A stretch of DNA of 31,057 nt from Myxococcota bacterium (lineage in GTDB: Bacteria; Myxococcota; UBA4151). This document shows, piece after piece, positions 8,483 to 17,651 of the stretch. The notes below the pieces were generated by a model. The model saw only the letters and a program-made list of their open reading frames with translations. It was not told where the DNA came from and ran no database searches. Within the stretch, counting starts at the first letter, position 1. Each line of letters starts with the position of its first letter. The position numbers were made by a program, and so were the translations under genes. The stretch spans positions 1-31,057 of the forward strand of contig JAYZBQ010000017.1 of NCBI GenBank assembly GCA_036338695.1, in the 5' to 3' direction.

Positions 8483-9114
8483 GCCGCCGCCACCTCAACG
8501 CCGACCTCGGCACACAGCGCCGTCAGGAAGCGCTCGAACAGCTCCGACTCAAACCCGCGCAGAGACTTGAGGCGCTCGGACCAGCTCGAGTCCACCGAAG
8601 CCAACTCACGCTCCATCTCGAGCAGGTGCCCTTCCTCTTCGGCGATGATCCCCGCCAAGCTCACAGGCAGCTTGGCCTCGCGCAGAAGCTTGTGATAAGC
8701 TGGGTACAACCAATCGGCGCGCTCTTCGATGAGGGTCGTGACGTACAGATAGCTTGCGTAGCTCAGATCATCACCGCGCAAGCCACCTTGCTCGAGCCGG
8801 GCACAGACCCCGTGATCCAAGTGATAAAAGTACGCCTTAGCGGCGTCGCCACACAGCAGACTCTGGGCTGTGAACTCACGCCCGAGGCTGGGGTCGATTC
8901 GGAGCGCTGCGCGCTTAAAGAAGTACGCGTGGCGGCTCTCCTCAGCGGCATGCTTGAGGATCATCTCGCTCATGCGCTGGCTCGCCTGGCTCTTCAGCAT
9001 CTTGCGAGCGCCCGTGTACTCAAGCAGCGCCACCGTATTGAGCCAGCGAGCGTGCCGCGGCGGGTCGGCGATCAAGCGGGTGAGCACCGCTTCCATTCGA
9101 GACAGTTCAGGCAT
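8479..9114 (-). CDS. Ferritin-like diiron protein in the biotin operon; BioE-like pimeloyl-generating oxygenase candidate (alternative start 9153)
   Basis: Four-helix-bundle carboxylate/His set: LLEYTG ... EESRH ... IEERA ... EEEGH (E, ExxH, E, ExxH). Lies directly after bioA on the same strand. Function is inferred. Confidence 0.75.
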   Translation of the reverse strand: MPELSRMEAVLTRLIADPPRHARWLNTVALLEYTGARKMLKSQASQRMSEMILKHAAEESRHAYFFKRAALRIDPSLGREFTAQSLLCGDAAKAYFYHLDHGVCARLEQGGLRGDDLSYASYLYVTTLIEERADWLYPAYHKLLREAKLPVSLAGIIAEEEGHLLEMERELASVDSSWSERLKSLRGFESELFERFLTALCAEVGVEVAAA

Positions 9115-9160
9115 GAGTTTCCCCCGTCCGTCGAGCCCTTGCCGGGCCGACATGATGCGG

Positions 9161-10408
9161 TCAAGTCGCTAGCTCGGCGCAGGTCGCCTCGTAGAGCTGG
9201 TCAAGACAGCGATCGAGCTCGCGCTCGGTGATGCAAAAAGGTGGCATCAGATAAAGCGTGTTCCCTAATGGGCGTGAGTAGAGCCCCATCGGGAAGGTGC
9301 GGTCGCTGACACGCCGACCGATCGGGTCGAGGTACCCGCCCATCTCGCTGGTCAACTCGAAGGCAAAAATACCGCCTCGTTGCCGCACCCCCTCGACCCC
9401 ATCGAGCGCCGAAAACAAGGGCGCAGCGCCCGTGTATTGCGCCTCCATCCCCTGGACACGCTGCAAGGTCCCCTCCTCCTCGTAGAGCGAGAGCGCCGCC
9501 AAAGAGGCTGCGCAGGCGATCGGGTTGCCGGTGTACGAGTGACCGTGCAAAAAGGCGTCGGTCTTTTGGTCGCCAAGAAACGCCTCGAAAATGGAGGGCG
9601 TGCAGGCGGTCACACCGAGGGGCAAGGTGCCGCCCGTAATCCCTTTGGAAGCCGCCAGAATATCCGGCGTGATACCAGCCTGCTCACAGGCGAACAAAGT
9701 GCCCGTTCGCCCCCAGCCCGTCATCACCTCATCGAGGATCAAAAAGACACCGGCATCACGGCATAAGACGCTGCATTCACGCAGGTAGTCCACGTCCGAA
9801 AACACCATACCTGCAGCGCCCTGAACGAGCGGTTCCATGATCACACCCGCCACCTCATCACCGTGCCGCGCGAGGTGCTCTCGGAGCGCCGAGGCGTCAT
9901 TGTAGGGCAGCACGGCGCAGTCGAACAACAAGCTCCAGAAGGGCTCGTTGAAGACCCCGCGCTCGCCCACGCTCATCGCCCCCACCGTGTCGCCATGGTA
10001 AGCGCCCTCGAAGGCGACGAAATGTCGCCGCTGCTTCTGACCCAGGTTGTGTTGCGCCTGCAGCGCCATCTTCAAGGCGACCTCCACCGAGGTCGAGCCA
10101 TTATCCGAGAAGAAAACGTGGTTGAGATCACCGGGTAGAACCGACTCGAGCAGGCCGCTGAGCTGCGCCGCAGGTGCGTGGCTAAAGTCGGCGAGGATGA
10201 CCTGATCAAACCGGCGCGCCTGCTCTGCGATCGCCTCGGCGATCTTGGGGTGCGCATGCCCATGGGTGTTCACCCACCAGGAGCTGTTCCCGTCGATCGC
10301 CCGGTGCCCGTCAGCGAACGTGAGCCACGCGCCCTGTGCTCGGACCACTTCGCCGCGCGGGGCGAACCCTTTGAGCTGGGTGAACGGATGCCAGACGCTC
10401 GAGGTCAT
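9161..10408 (-). CDS. bioA: Adenosylmethionine-8-amino-7-oxononanoate transaminase
   Basis: VWHPFTQ, SSWWVNTHGH, DNGSTSVEVALKMA, YHGDTVGAMS, DEVMTGWGRTG, SKGITGG, HGHSYTGNP. Confidence 0.96.
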   Translation of the reverse strand: MTSSVWHPFTQLKGFAPRGEVVRAQGAWLTFADGHRAIDGNSSWWVNTHGHAHPKIAEAIAEQARRFDQVILADFSHAPAAQLSGLLESVLPGDLNHVFFSDNGSTSVEVALKMALQAQHNLGQKQRRHFVAFEGAYHGDTVGAMSVGERGVFNEPFWSLLFDCAVLPYNDASALREHLARHGDEVAGVIMEPLVQGAAGMVFSDVDYLRECSVLCRDAGVFLILDEVMTGWGRTGTLFACEQAGITPDILAASKGITGGTLPLGVTACTPSIFEAFLGDQKTDAFLHGHSYTGNPIACAASLAALSLYEEEGTLQRVQGMEAQYTGAAPLFSALDGVEGVRQRGGIFAFELTSEMGGYLDPIGRRVSDRTFPMGLYSRPLGNTLYLMPPFCITERELDRCLDQLYEATCAELAT

Positions 10409-11025
10409 ACTCGCTCCAAGTTCCGACGTAGCGCCTGCGCGCAGGCGTCAAATTCCGTTTCAAGGTGGGTCATCTGCGGGACACGTGCCAGCAGGGACAC
10501 GTCGCCCATCGCCTGCAGGTCCCGCTGGTTCTCTTGATGCTCATCACCCACCAAGATCAAGCCTGCGACCGTGAGGCCATCGGCGCGCAGCGCGCGCAAG
10601 GTCAACAAGGTGTGATTGAGCGTCCCGAGCCCCGTTCTGCCGACGACGACCACCGGCAAGCCGAGGTGGCGGATCAGATCACTTTGCCACAGCAGCGGCT
10701 CGTCGCTGTACGGCACCTGATAGCCACCCGCGCCCTCAACCAAGAGGGGCTGTTGCGTTGGCAGCGCTAAGCCATCCAAGCGGATCGAGCGCCCCTCGTC
10801 GGCAGCTGCAGCATGTGGGCTCGCCGGACGCTCGAGGCGCCAGCGCTCCGGAAAGGTCTTCACGCCCGCGAGGCGCGCGACCACCTCGGTGTCCGTCTCC
10901 CCATCAAGACCGGCTTGCGCCGGCTTCCAATAGGCTCGATTCAGCGCTCGGCAAAGCAGCGCCGCCGTCACGGTCTTGCCGACGTCCGTATCCGTGCCGG
11001 TCAGGTAGAACTGTTTAGGCAACAT
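10405..11025 (-). CDS. bioD: Dethiobiotin synthase
   Basis: TGTDTDVGKT P-loop, YWKP, ASPH, VEGAGG, GLGTLNHT. Confidence 0.95.
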   Translation of the reverse strand: MLPKQFYLTGTDTDVGKTVTAALLCRALNRAYWKPAQAGLDGETDTEVVARLAGVKTFPERWRLERPASPHAAAADEGRSIRLDGLALPTQQPLLVEGAGGYQVPYSDEPLLWQSDLIRHLGLPVVVVGRTGLGTLNHTLLTLRALRADGLTVAGLILVGDEHQENQRDLQAMGDVSLLARVPQMTHLETEFDACAQALRRNLERV

Positions 11026-12118
11026 CGAGGAGATCTCCCGCCAACCGATCGACCTGCTCGTCGGTCAAATCGGAACGAAAAACAAGGCGTAATCGAGCCG
11101 TCCCGACGGGTACGGTCGGCGGGCGCAGTGGGCGGGCGAACCACCCTCGAGCAGCGAGCGCCTGCGCCACGCGCTCGGTGCGCTGGAGGTCACCGAGGAT
11201 CACCGGGACGATATGGCTCTGCGAGGCGCCAACGTCGAGCGCGGAACCGATCGCCTGTCGAAACCGGTGCGCCAGCTTGAGCGGGCGCGCACGCTCGGCG
11301 CCGAGTCCACGGATCTGCTCAACCGCCGCATCGAGGGCAGGGATCACCATCGGCGTGGGCGCCGTGCTGTAGATGAACGAGCGTGCGGTGTTGAGGAGCA
11401 GCTCAATCGTCTCGGCGTCTGCGCACACAAAACCGCCCGACAGCCCGAGCGCTTTGCCGCAGGGGTGCACGCTGGCGAACGGGGTCAGCTCATCGGGTAG
11501 CTCGCTGCAGCGACCCGCTCCCTGCGCACCGTAGAGTCCCGTCGAGTGCGCCTCGTCGACGACCAACCGGGCGCCGTACCGCTGGGTCAGACGCGCCAAG
11601 CGCTCGAGCGGCGCGCAGTCCCCGTCCATGCTGTACACCGACTCGACGACAACCCATGCGCCGCCCCCTGTCTGCGCCAACGCAGCCTCATACGCGCCGA
11701 GGTCGAGATGCGGGATGATGCGCACCGTCCCCCGACTCAGCCGTAACCCATCGATGATGCACGCGTGATTGAGTGCGTCGCTCAAGACGATATCGCCCGG
11801 CTCGATCAGGCCAGCGAGTAGACCGATGTTCGCTGCGTAGCCGCTGCCAAAGTACAGGCTCGCCTCGCGCCCTTGCCACGCCGCAAAGCGGCGCTCGAGC
11901 CCAACCCATTGCGACGAATGACCGGACAGCAAGCGCGAGCCGGTGCTGCCCGTCGGGAGGCCGGCGTCCAGGGCTTCGCGCACCGCCTCGGCGACCGCGG
12001 GGCTTCGGCTCAACCCGAGTACGTCGTTGCTCGAGAGGTCGACGCCTTCAGCGAGCGCCAGGCGTCGCCGCAGCCCCTGACGCTCCAGCGCCGACAGCCG
12101 CTCGCTGGGTGCGCTCAT
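11015..12118 (-). CDS. bioF: 8-amino-7-oxononanoate synthase
   Basis: SSNDVLGL, GSTGSRLLSG, SGYAAN, DALNHAC, ESVYSMDGD, DEAH, GKALG, RPPTVP. ATG at 12118 overlaps the bioB stop (TGATG). Confidence 0.95.
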   Translation of the reverse strand: MSAPSERLSALERQGLRRRLALAEGVDLSSNDVLGLSRSPAVAEAVREALDAGLPTGSTGSRLLSGHSSQWVGLERRFAAWQGREASLYFGSGYAANIGLLAGLIEPGDIVLSDALNHACIIDGLRLSRGTVRIIPHLDLGAYEAALAQTGGGAWVVVESVYSMDGDCAPLERLARLTQRYGARLVVDEAHSTGLYGAQGAGRCSELPDELTPFASVHPCGKALGLSGGFVCADAETIELLLNTARSFIYSTAPTPMVIPALDAAVEQIRGLGAERARPLKLAHRFRQAIGSALDVGASQSHIVPVILGDLQRTERVAQALAARGWFARPLRPPTVPVGTARLRLVFRSDLTDEQVDRLAGDLLDVA

Positions 12119-13122
12119 CAGTTGGCCGCGGTGGCGACCTTCGGGTTCGAACATGCCGACCGGCGTTGCCGCGGCTGGCCCTCGAGCGGGGTGATCCCCA
12201 GCGCAGCGAAGAGCTCACGATCTGCGGCGACGTCGGGGTTGTCCGTCGTCAGCAGGCGGTCGCCATAAAAGATCGAGTTGGCGCCGCACATGAAGGCGAG
12301 CGCCTGACCCTCTCGAGACAGGCTGCGGCGCCCAGCTGCAAGGCGGATACGCGCTTGCGGCATCATCAGCCGCGCCACTGCGATGGTGCGCAAGAAGTCA
12401 AACGAGTCCACGGGCTCTTGGTCTTCAAGCGGCGTCCCCTCGACCGCCACGAGGCTGTTGATCGGCACCGACTCGGGGTGCTCGGGGAGGTTCGCCAGCG
12501 TCGCCAGCATCCCGGCGCGATCACGCAGCGTCTCGCCCATCCCGACGATGCCGCCACTGCAGACGGAGAGCCCGGCGTTTCGAACCGCCTCCAAGGTCTC
12601 CATCCGGTCTTCGAAAAGACGCGTCGAGATCACGCGCTCGTAGTGTTCCGGGCTGGTGTCGATGTTGTGGTTGTAAGCCGTGAGCCCAGCCGCTTCGAGC
12701 CGGCGAGCTTGCGCGTCGGTGACCATGCCAAGCGTTGCGCAGACCTCGAGGCCGAGATCGGACACCGCCGAGACCATCTCGAGGGTCCGATCAAAGTCCT
12801 TATTGTCACGTACCTTGCGCCAAGCTGCGCCCATGCAGAAGCGCGAGGCGCCGTTCTCTTTGGCGCAACGCGCCTGCTCGAGGACCGTCTCGAGCGGCAG
12901 CAACGCCTCGGCGTCAAGCCCGGTCGCATAGCGCGCCGACTGAGGACAGTACGCACAGTCCTCTGGGCACCCACCGCTCTTGATGTTGCTTAGGGTGCAC
13001 AGCTGCACCTTGTCCGCAGGGTGATGCGCTCGGTGCATCGTCTGCGCCTGGTGGCAGAGCTCCATGAAGGGCAACTCGAACAGAGCGAGCGCCTCCTCGA
13101 CGGTCCAATCGTGACGGATCAT
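12118..13122 (-). CDS. bioB: Biotin synthase (radical SAM)
   Basis: [11 protein letters not shown] (CxxxCxxC), [40 protein letters not shown]. Confidence 0.97.
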   Translation of the reverse strand: MIRHDWTVEEALALFELPFMELCHQAQTMHRAHHPADKVQLCTLSNIKSGGCPEDCAYCPQSARYATGLDAEALLPLETVLEQARCAKENGASRFCMGAAWRKVRDNKDFDRTLEMVSAVSDLGLEVCATLGMVTDAQARRLEAAGLTAYNHNIDTSPEHYERVISTRLFEDRMETLEAVRNAGLSVCSGGIVGMGETLRDRAGMLATLANLPEHPESVPINSLVAVEGTPLEDQEPVDSFDFLRTIAVARLMMPQARIRLAAGRRSLSREGQALAFMCGANSIFYGDRLLTTDNPDVAADRELFAALGITPLEGQPRQRRSACSNPKVATAAN

Positions 13123-13152
13123 GTCAGCCTCACAAGCCGTTTGGGCGCTAGA

Positions 13153-13181
13153 GCGCTAGCGGACTGTGCGCTGGCTTACAA
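13153..13181 (-). promoter_or_regulatory. Possible sigma70-type promoter for bioB (TTGTAA-N17-TAGCGC)
   Basis: Seen in the 75-bp tgt-bioB gap; the -10 match is weak. Confidence 0.25.
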
Positions 13182-13197
13182 CCCCGCTCGTCACCGC

Positions 13198-14322
13198 TTA
13201 ACGCTCGCTCTTGAGCGGCCAGCGATCTCGAACTTCTTGGAGTAGCTGATCGAAGGTACCGGCGGAGATGGCGTCCCTGCAGCGTGCCATCAAGCGGGTC
13301 AGATACCACAGGTTGTGCTCGCTCAGCGCCCGCATCACCAAAATCTCCTTCGCCTGGTAGAGGTGCCGGAGATAGGCGCGGCTAAATGTCGTGCAGGTCG
13401 GGCACGGACAGTCCGGGTCAAGCGGTCCGTCGTCTTCAGCGAAGCGCGCGTTCTTGATGTTCACTCGCCCCTCCGAGGTCATCGCCGTACCCATCCTGCC
13501 GTTGCGCGTCGGCAGAACGCAGTCGAACATGTCGATTCCCTGCGCCACCGCCTCCACCAGATCGCGTGGGGTGCCGACCCCCATCAGATAACGAGGCTTA
13601 TCACTGGGCAGCCGATGTGCGGTCGCTTCGAGGACCTCGTACATCGCCTCGTTGGTCTCACCCACGCTCAAGCCACCGAGGGCGAAGCCAGGCAGGTCAC
13701 GGCTGCAGATCTCGTCCACGTGCTGCGCCCGCAGCTTGAGGTCGACGCCGCCCTGTACGATGCCAAACAGCGCCTGCTCCGGGCTATCCAGTGCGTCGAT
13801 GCAGCGATCGAGCCAGCGCGTCGTCCGCCCAAGCGCCGCCTCGATAACCTTGAGGTCGGCGTCGGCTGGCGGGCACTCATCGAAGGCCATGATGATGTCT
13901 GCGCCGAGGGCTCGCTGGATGCGCATGCTCTCCTCGGGTGACAAGAACCGCTTCGAGCCGTCGATGTGGCTGCGAAACGCAACGCCCTCCTCGGTGATCT
14001 GGTTGAGCGCTGCGAGCGAGAAGACCTGAAAACCGCCTGAATCGGTCAGCATGGGACCATCCCACGCCACGAAACGGTGCAGCCCGCCGCGCCGCTCGAC
14101 GAGCGCCTCGCCCGGCCGCAGGTGCAGGTGATAGGTGTTGCCGAGCACGACCCCTGCGCCCATCGCTTTGAGCTCCCAGGGCGCCAACCCCTTCACCGAG
14201 CCCACGGTCCCCACCGGCATAAAGGTCGGCGTCTCCACCGAACCGTGGGGGGTGTGCAGGACCCCGCGCCGGGCGCGCCCGTCCTGTGCGACGGCTTGAT
14301 AGGTGACGGCGTGCTGACTCAT
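13198..14322 (-). CDS. tgt: tRNA-guanine(34) transglycosylase, bacterial preQ1-inserting type
   Basis: TPTFMPVGT, NTYHL, TDSGGFQVFSL, AFDECP, GIVQGG, GGLSVGE, YLMGVG, DMFDCVLPTR, Zn site CPCPTC...H. Confidence 0.97.
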   Translation of the reverse strand: MSQHAVTYQAVAQDGRARRGVLHTPHGSVETPTFMPVGTVGSVKGLAPWELKAMGAGVVLGNTYHLHLRPGEALVERRGGLHRFVAWDGPMLTDSGGFQVFSLAALNQITEEGVAFRSHIDGSKRFLSPEESMRIQRALGADIIMAFDECPPADADLKVIEAALGRTTRWLDRCIDALDSPEQALFGIVQGGVDLKLRAQHVDEICSRDLPGFALGGLSVGETNEAMYEVLEATAHRLPSDKPRYLMGVGTPRDLVEAVAQGIDMFDCVLPTRNGRMGTAMTSEGRVNIKNARFAEDDGPLDPDCPCPTCTTFSRAYLRHLYQAKEILVMRALSEHNLWYLTRLMARCRDAISAGTFDQLLQEVRDRWPLKSER

Positions 14323-14329
14323 AGGCTAC

Positions 14330-15376
14330 TCATCGCTCGGATTCAGCCAAGGGTTCAATCCAATTGGCGTCGCCGTAGCTGTAAAACCGATAGGTGTCCG
14401 CCAGCGCGTGCGCGTAAGCAGCTTGAGTGCGTGCGGTCCCAGCGAACGCAGCCACCAGCTGGATCAGCGACGAATCGGGCAGGTGAAAATTGGTCAAGAG
14501 CGCATCGACGACCTGAAATCGGTGCCCTCCTGGGTAGATGTAGAGCCCGTTGAACTCTGCCATGGGGGCCACACGCCCTCCGCCCAACTGTGCGGCGCGC
14601 TCAAGCGTCCGCACGACGGTCGTCCCCACCGCGACCACGCGTCCATGGCGCGCCTGACACTGAGCCACCGCCTCCGCCACCTCGCGGCTCACCACGGAGT
14701 ACTCGGGGACCAGCTCATGGTCCTTGGGGTCCTCGACGCGGAGCGGCTGAAAAGTGCCCGGTCCGACGTGCAGGGTGACCGTTGCGCGCTCCACACCCTT
14801 GTCCGCCAGCGCAGCGAGCAAACGCTCGCTGAGGTGCAAGCCCGCCGTCGGCGCAGCGACGGCGCCCGGCGAGGTGGCGTACACGGTCTGATAATCCTGC
14901 TGATCCTGAGCGTCGGCTGGCCGCTCCATGTAGGGGGGCAGCGGCATGGCGCCGTGCAGCTCGAGCCATGGCGTCAACGGCCCCTGATCCGCTCGCTCGA
15001 CGATCAGCGCGCCATCCTCGCTGCGATCGGTCACGACGAGGTCACCGCCCGTCGTCGACAGCGTCCGCCCTACGAGCCGCTTGGCTGGCTTCCCCCACGC
15101 CGTCCAGCGAAGATCTTCTGCCCCGGGCTCGGGTTGGACGAACAACAGCTCAGCCCGGCCTCCGCCAGGGCGCCGACCAACCACACGCGCAGGCACGACG
15201 CGCGCATCGTTGACGACCAACAAGTCGCCTGGATGCAAGAGCTCGACGAGGTCGGTTACCTGGCGATCTTGCAGCGAGCCGTCGCCGCACCAGCGCAGGA
15301 GTCTGCCGCCATCTCGGTCAGGCGCAGGGCGTCGAGCGATCCGCTCTGGAGGCAACTCAAACCAAGGGGTTGCCAT
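14330..15376 (-). CDS. queA: S-adenosylmethionine:tRNA ribosyltransferase-isomerase
   Basis: LVVNDARVVPAR, PLPPY, YQTVYA, AVAAPTAGLH, TLHVGPGTF, VGTT, TNFHLP, YRFYSYGDA. Confidence 0.96.
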   Translation of the reverse strand: MATPWFELPPERIARRPAPDRDGGRLLRWCGDGSLQDRQVTDLVELLHPGDLLVVNDARVVPARVVGRRPGGGRAELLFVQPEPGAEDLRWTAWGKPAKRLVGRTLSTTGGDLVVTDRSEDGALIVERADQGPLTPWLELHGAMPLPPYMERPADAQDQQDYQTVYATSPGAVAAPTAGLHLSERLLAALADKGVERATVTLHVGPGTFQPLRVEDPKDHELVPEYSVVSREVAEAVAQCQARHGRVVAVGTTVVRTLERAAQLGGGRVAPMAEFNGLYIYPGGHRFQVVDALLTNFHLPDSSLIQLVAAFAGTARTQAAYAHALADTYRFYSYGDANWIEPLAESER

Positions 15377-15379
15377 CCG

Positions 15380-15649
15380 CTATCCGCAAGACCCATTCGG
15401 ACTCAACGAGCAGCTTGAGCAGCTCTCACCGACCCCGCAGTCACAGCCACTCTCGACGATCGCCATGCCGATCTGCTCGAGCTGCTCGGCGCCGATCACC
15501 GAGTGAACATCGCGCCAGGGCCCGATCATCTGATCGCAGCGCACACACCGTGCCCAGTCGCCGCCCTCGACCTCATCGACGTAGACGACGACCGGACCGC
15601 AATTGATGCAGTCACCCTTGGGGAAGCTAATCGACATCATCGTGTTCAT
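15380..15649 (-). CDS. Small Cys-rich putative metal-binding protein (89 aa)
   Basis: ATG at 15649 after GAGGTG; CINC...CVRC plus tail GCDCGVGESCSSCSLSPNGSCG; stop lies 3 nt before queA. Confidence 0.65.
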   Translation of the reverse strand: MNTMMSISFPKGDCINCGPVVVYVDEVEGGDWARCVRCDQMIGPWRDVHSVIGAEQLEQIGMAIVESGCDCGVGESCSSCSLSPNGSCG

Positions 15650-15700
15650 AGACACCTCTTTCACCCGTTCCAGCGCCTCAACGCAACGGGTTTCCGTGCC

Positions 15701-16819
15701 TCAGGGGCGAATCCGAAAGGTGCGACGAACAAAGGTCGGCTCGCGCTCAGGGCGCAGACCGAGCTGCTGCCCGACGACCTCCCCCTCGACGCAGGCGTTG
15801 AACTTGCTCGATCGATACTTTTTGCGGCCGATGCGCACCGCGCTGGTCGTCGCCGCTGCGATCCGCCCATCACCCATCACGCCAAGCCGCATCGTCACGC
15901 GCACCGACCCGCTTTTGGTGAGCCAGCGCGCCCCCTTTTTACCCAGGCGCCGAAGGCAGGTTTTCAGGCGCCCCTCGTCAAACGGGACGACCACGCGCGC
16001 TCGTTTCTTGGTCTCTGAGGTCTTTTGGTCCGGCGCCACGATGGCGCTGCCCTGAGGCGGCGTCTGCTGGACGGGTGCAGCCGGGGGCTTCGCCGCGGGC
16101 TCACGCTTGGGCGCCGCCGCTGCGGGCGCGATACGATAGGTCGGCAAGGTCGTCGCGGGCTCAGGCAGAGCGATCGTCTCGGCTTCACGAAAATGAGCCT
16201 GAAGCCAGACGAGCGACGCCCCCACGATCATGATGGCGACGGCGGCGGGGCGTAACCAGACCCGCCAGTCGACGCGCCGGCGCCGCACTTGAAAGTCGGC
16301 GTCGACGATCAGGTCATCGATGGACTCATCTTCTTCGAGATGCAGCGTGATCGGAGCGAGCGTGGGCAGCGGGCGGTCTAAGGGTGCAGGCGGTTCCACT
16401 ACGGGCTCAGACCAATGAGCGGATGGGCTCGGCTCGGGCGGGTCATCGTCCAGCTGAATCGGGACCATGGTCAGCTCATCAGCCGGTTGCCCCGTCGAGA
16501 GCGCTTCGGCGATGTCATCGACCGAGCGCAGCGGGTTGATCAGCACCAGCCCCGGCAAGCTGCGGCTCGGGGGATCAAAGCCGATCCAGTAGACCACCTC
16601 GAGCTCGTCCCGCAGGCGCGCCAGGGCACGGAGTTGCTCCGCGGTGTCGCCGACGCCATCGACGATCACCCTCGCCAGGGGCAGCCCTCGCTGACGAGCC
16701 TCCTCAAGGCTCGTCACCACGGTCACCTCGACCCCTACGGTGCGCGCCGCCTCGGTGAGCTCAGCGGTGGGCAACCCGGCGCTGCGTAACGCGACTACCC
16801 GCACGGGCTCGTCCGCCAT
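15701..16819 (-). CDS. Bitopic membrane protein: degenerate receiver-like N-terminus, acidic/Pro linker, TM, Pro/Ala linker, AgmX/PglI(TonB-C)-like C-terminal domain
   Basis: TM AAVAIMIVGASLVWL; C-terminus LKTCLRR...GSVRVTMRLGVMGDGRI...FNACV resembles the two-Cys AgmX/PglI C-terminal pattern. Domain names are inferred. Confidence 0.6.
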   Translation of the reverse strand: MADEPVRVVALRSAGLPTAELTEAARTVGVEVTVVTSLEEARQRGLPLARVIVDGVGDTAEQLRALARLRDELEVVYWIGFDPPSRSLPGLVLINPLRSVDDIAEALSTGQPADELTMVPIQLDDDPPEPSPSAHWSEPVVEPPAPLDRPLPTLAPITLHLEEDESIDDLIVDADFQVRRRRVDWRVWLRPAAVAIMIVGASLVWLQAHFREAETIALPEPATTLPTYRIAPAAAAPKREPAAKPPAAPVQQTPPQGSAIVAPDQKTSETKKRARVVVPFDEGRLKTCLRRLGKKGARWLTKSGSVRVTMRLGVMGDGRIAAATTSAVRIGRKKYRSSKFNACVEGEVVGQQLGLRPEREPTFVRRTFRIRP

Positions 16820-16822
16820 GAC

Positions 16823-17260
16823 CTAGAAATCTTGTTGCCCGCCCGTCGGCCCGCGCAGCGGCGAGATGAAGCCAACTTGTCCCTCGACCACATCCGCCAC
16901 GGGCTGACTTGCGGCGCCCTTCGGCACCAGCGACACGCCCAGTGCGGCTCGCTGGAGCATATTCGGCAGCTTGGTAAGCACCTCAAAGCGCGAGATCCGC
17001 ACGAGCGACGCGCCCAACCCGGGTGGCGGCTCGTTGCCTACCCACAAAAGCGGCGGCCCCTCCAAACTCTCGTGACAGCACAGGTCCGACAGCAACGCTT
17101 CATCGCCGTCGCTCGGCGCGACGATCAGCAAGTCCGCCTCGTCTTCATACGGCTCAAAGGTCGCCGGGTGCAGGTGGTCTGCACGCCATCCCTCACGCTC
17201 AAGCACGGCGGCGATGGCCGAACGTAGATCTCGGTTTGCGCTTAGAAGAACAGCGAGCAC
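16823..17260 (-). CDS. Degenerate receiver (CheY-like) domain protein
   Basis: GTG at 17260 after AGGAGG; VLLSANRDLRSAIAAVLEREGW...ADLLIVA fits the receiver beta1-alpha1-beta3 pattern without the acidic residues. Confidence 0.5.
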   Translation of the reverse strand: MLAVLLSANRDLRSAIAAVLEREGWRADHLHPATFEPYEDEADLLIVAPSDGDEALLSDLCCHESLEGPPLLWVGNEPPPGLGASLVRISRFEVLTKLPNMLQRAALGVSLVPKGAASQPVADVVEGQVGFISPLRGPTGGQQDF

Positions 17261-17356
17261 TGCGCACCTCCTGGCGTAAGTTTGCACCAGCCAGGCTCGT
17301 TCGTCACGCCCTCAGATTTTTTGCGCAGTACCGCCACTTGAGCGGACACTGTCCTC

Positions 17357-17578
17357 ATGAAGTTAACCGCTGTCCAGGCGGCGCACTGGCGCCGCTGCAT
17401 CGAAGCCTGGTTTGACGACCCAACCGGTGGTCTGCTCAACCTCGAGTGTCCCTCTTGTCACAGGAGCTTACACATCGACGGCTGGAAGAAGCTGACGACC
17501 GACTTTGTCGAACACGAGGCGCTGGTCTGCCTGGTCTGTCAGCATGAGACCATTTTGCGGAGCGAGTGGCTGCAGTGA
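17357..17578 (+). CDS. Small Zn-ribbon-like protein (73 aa)
   Basis: CPSC...CLVC pair; fills the gap ahead of cpaB on the same strand. Confidence 0.6.
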   Translation: MKLTAVQAAHWRRCIEAWFDDPTGGLLNLECPSCHRSLHIDGWKKLTTDFVEHEALVCLVCQHETILRSEWLQ

Positions 17579-17651
17579 GCAACTTACACCGTAGGGCAGT
17601 CGATCCTTTACACAGGCGCTCGCGCGACGCGAGGAGAGCTCTGGAGGCATT

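Noticed and set aside
11773..12993. 406-aa plus-strand ORF
   Set aside because: Antisense to bioF/bioB with no motifs; typical high-GC shadow ORF.
13130..13181. Possible BirA operator upstream of bioB (TTGTAAGCC ... GGCTTGTGA on the minus strand)
   Set aside because: One half resembles the BirA half-site, but the second matches poorly and the 34-nt spacer is about twice the usual length.
15663..15691. Inverted repeat ACCCGTT/AACGGGT as a terminator
   Set aside because: Only a 7-bp stem with a 15-nt loop and no U-tract on the coding (minus) strand.
17288..17651. Hidden Flp pilin upstream of cpaB
   Set aside because: I found no G-x4-EY prepilin motif with a hydrophobic helix; the only credible ORF is the Zn-ribbon protein.
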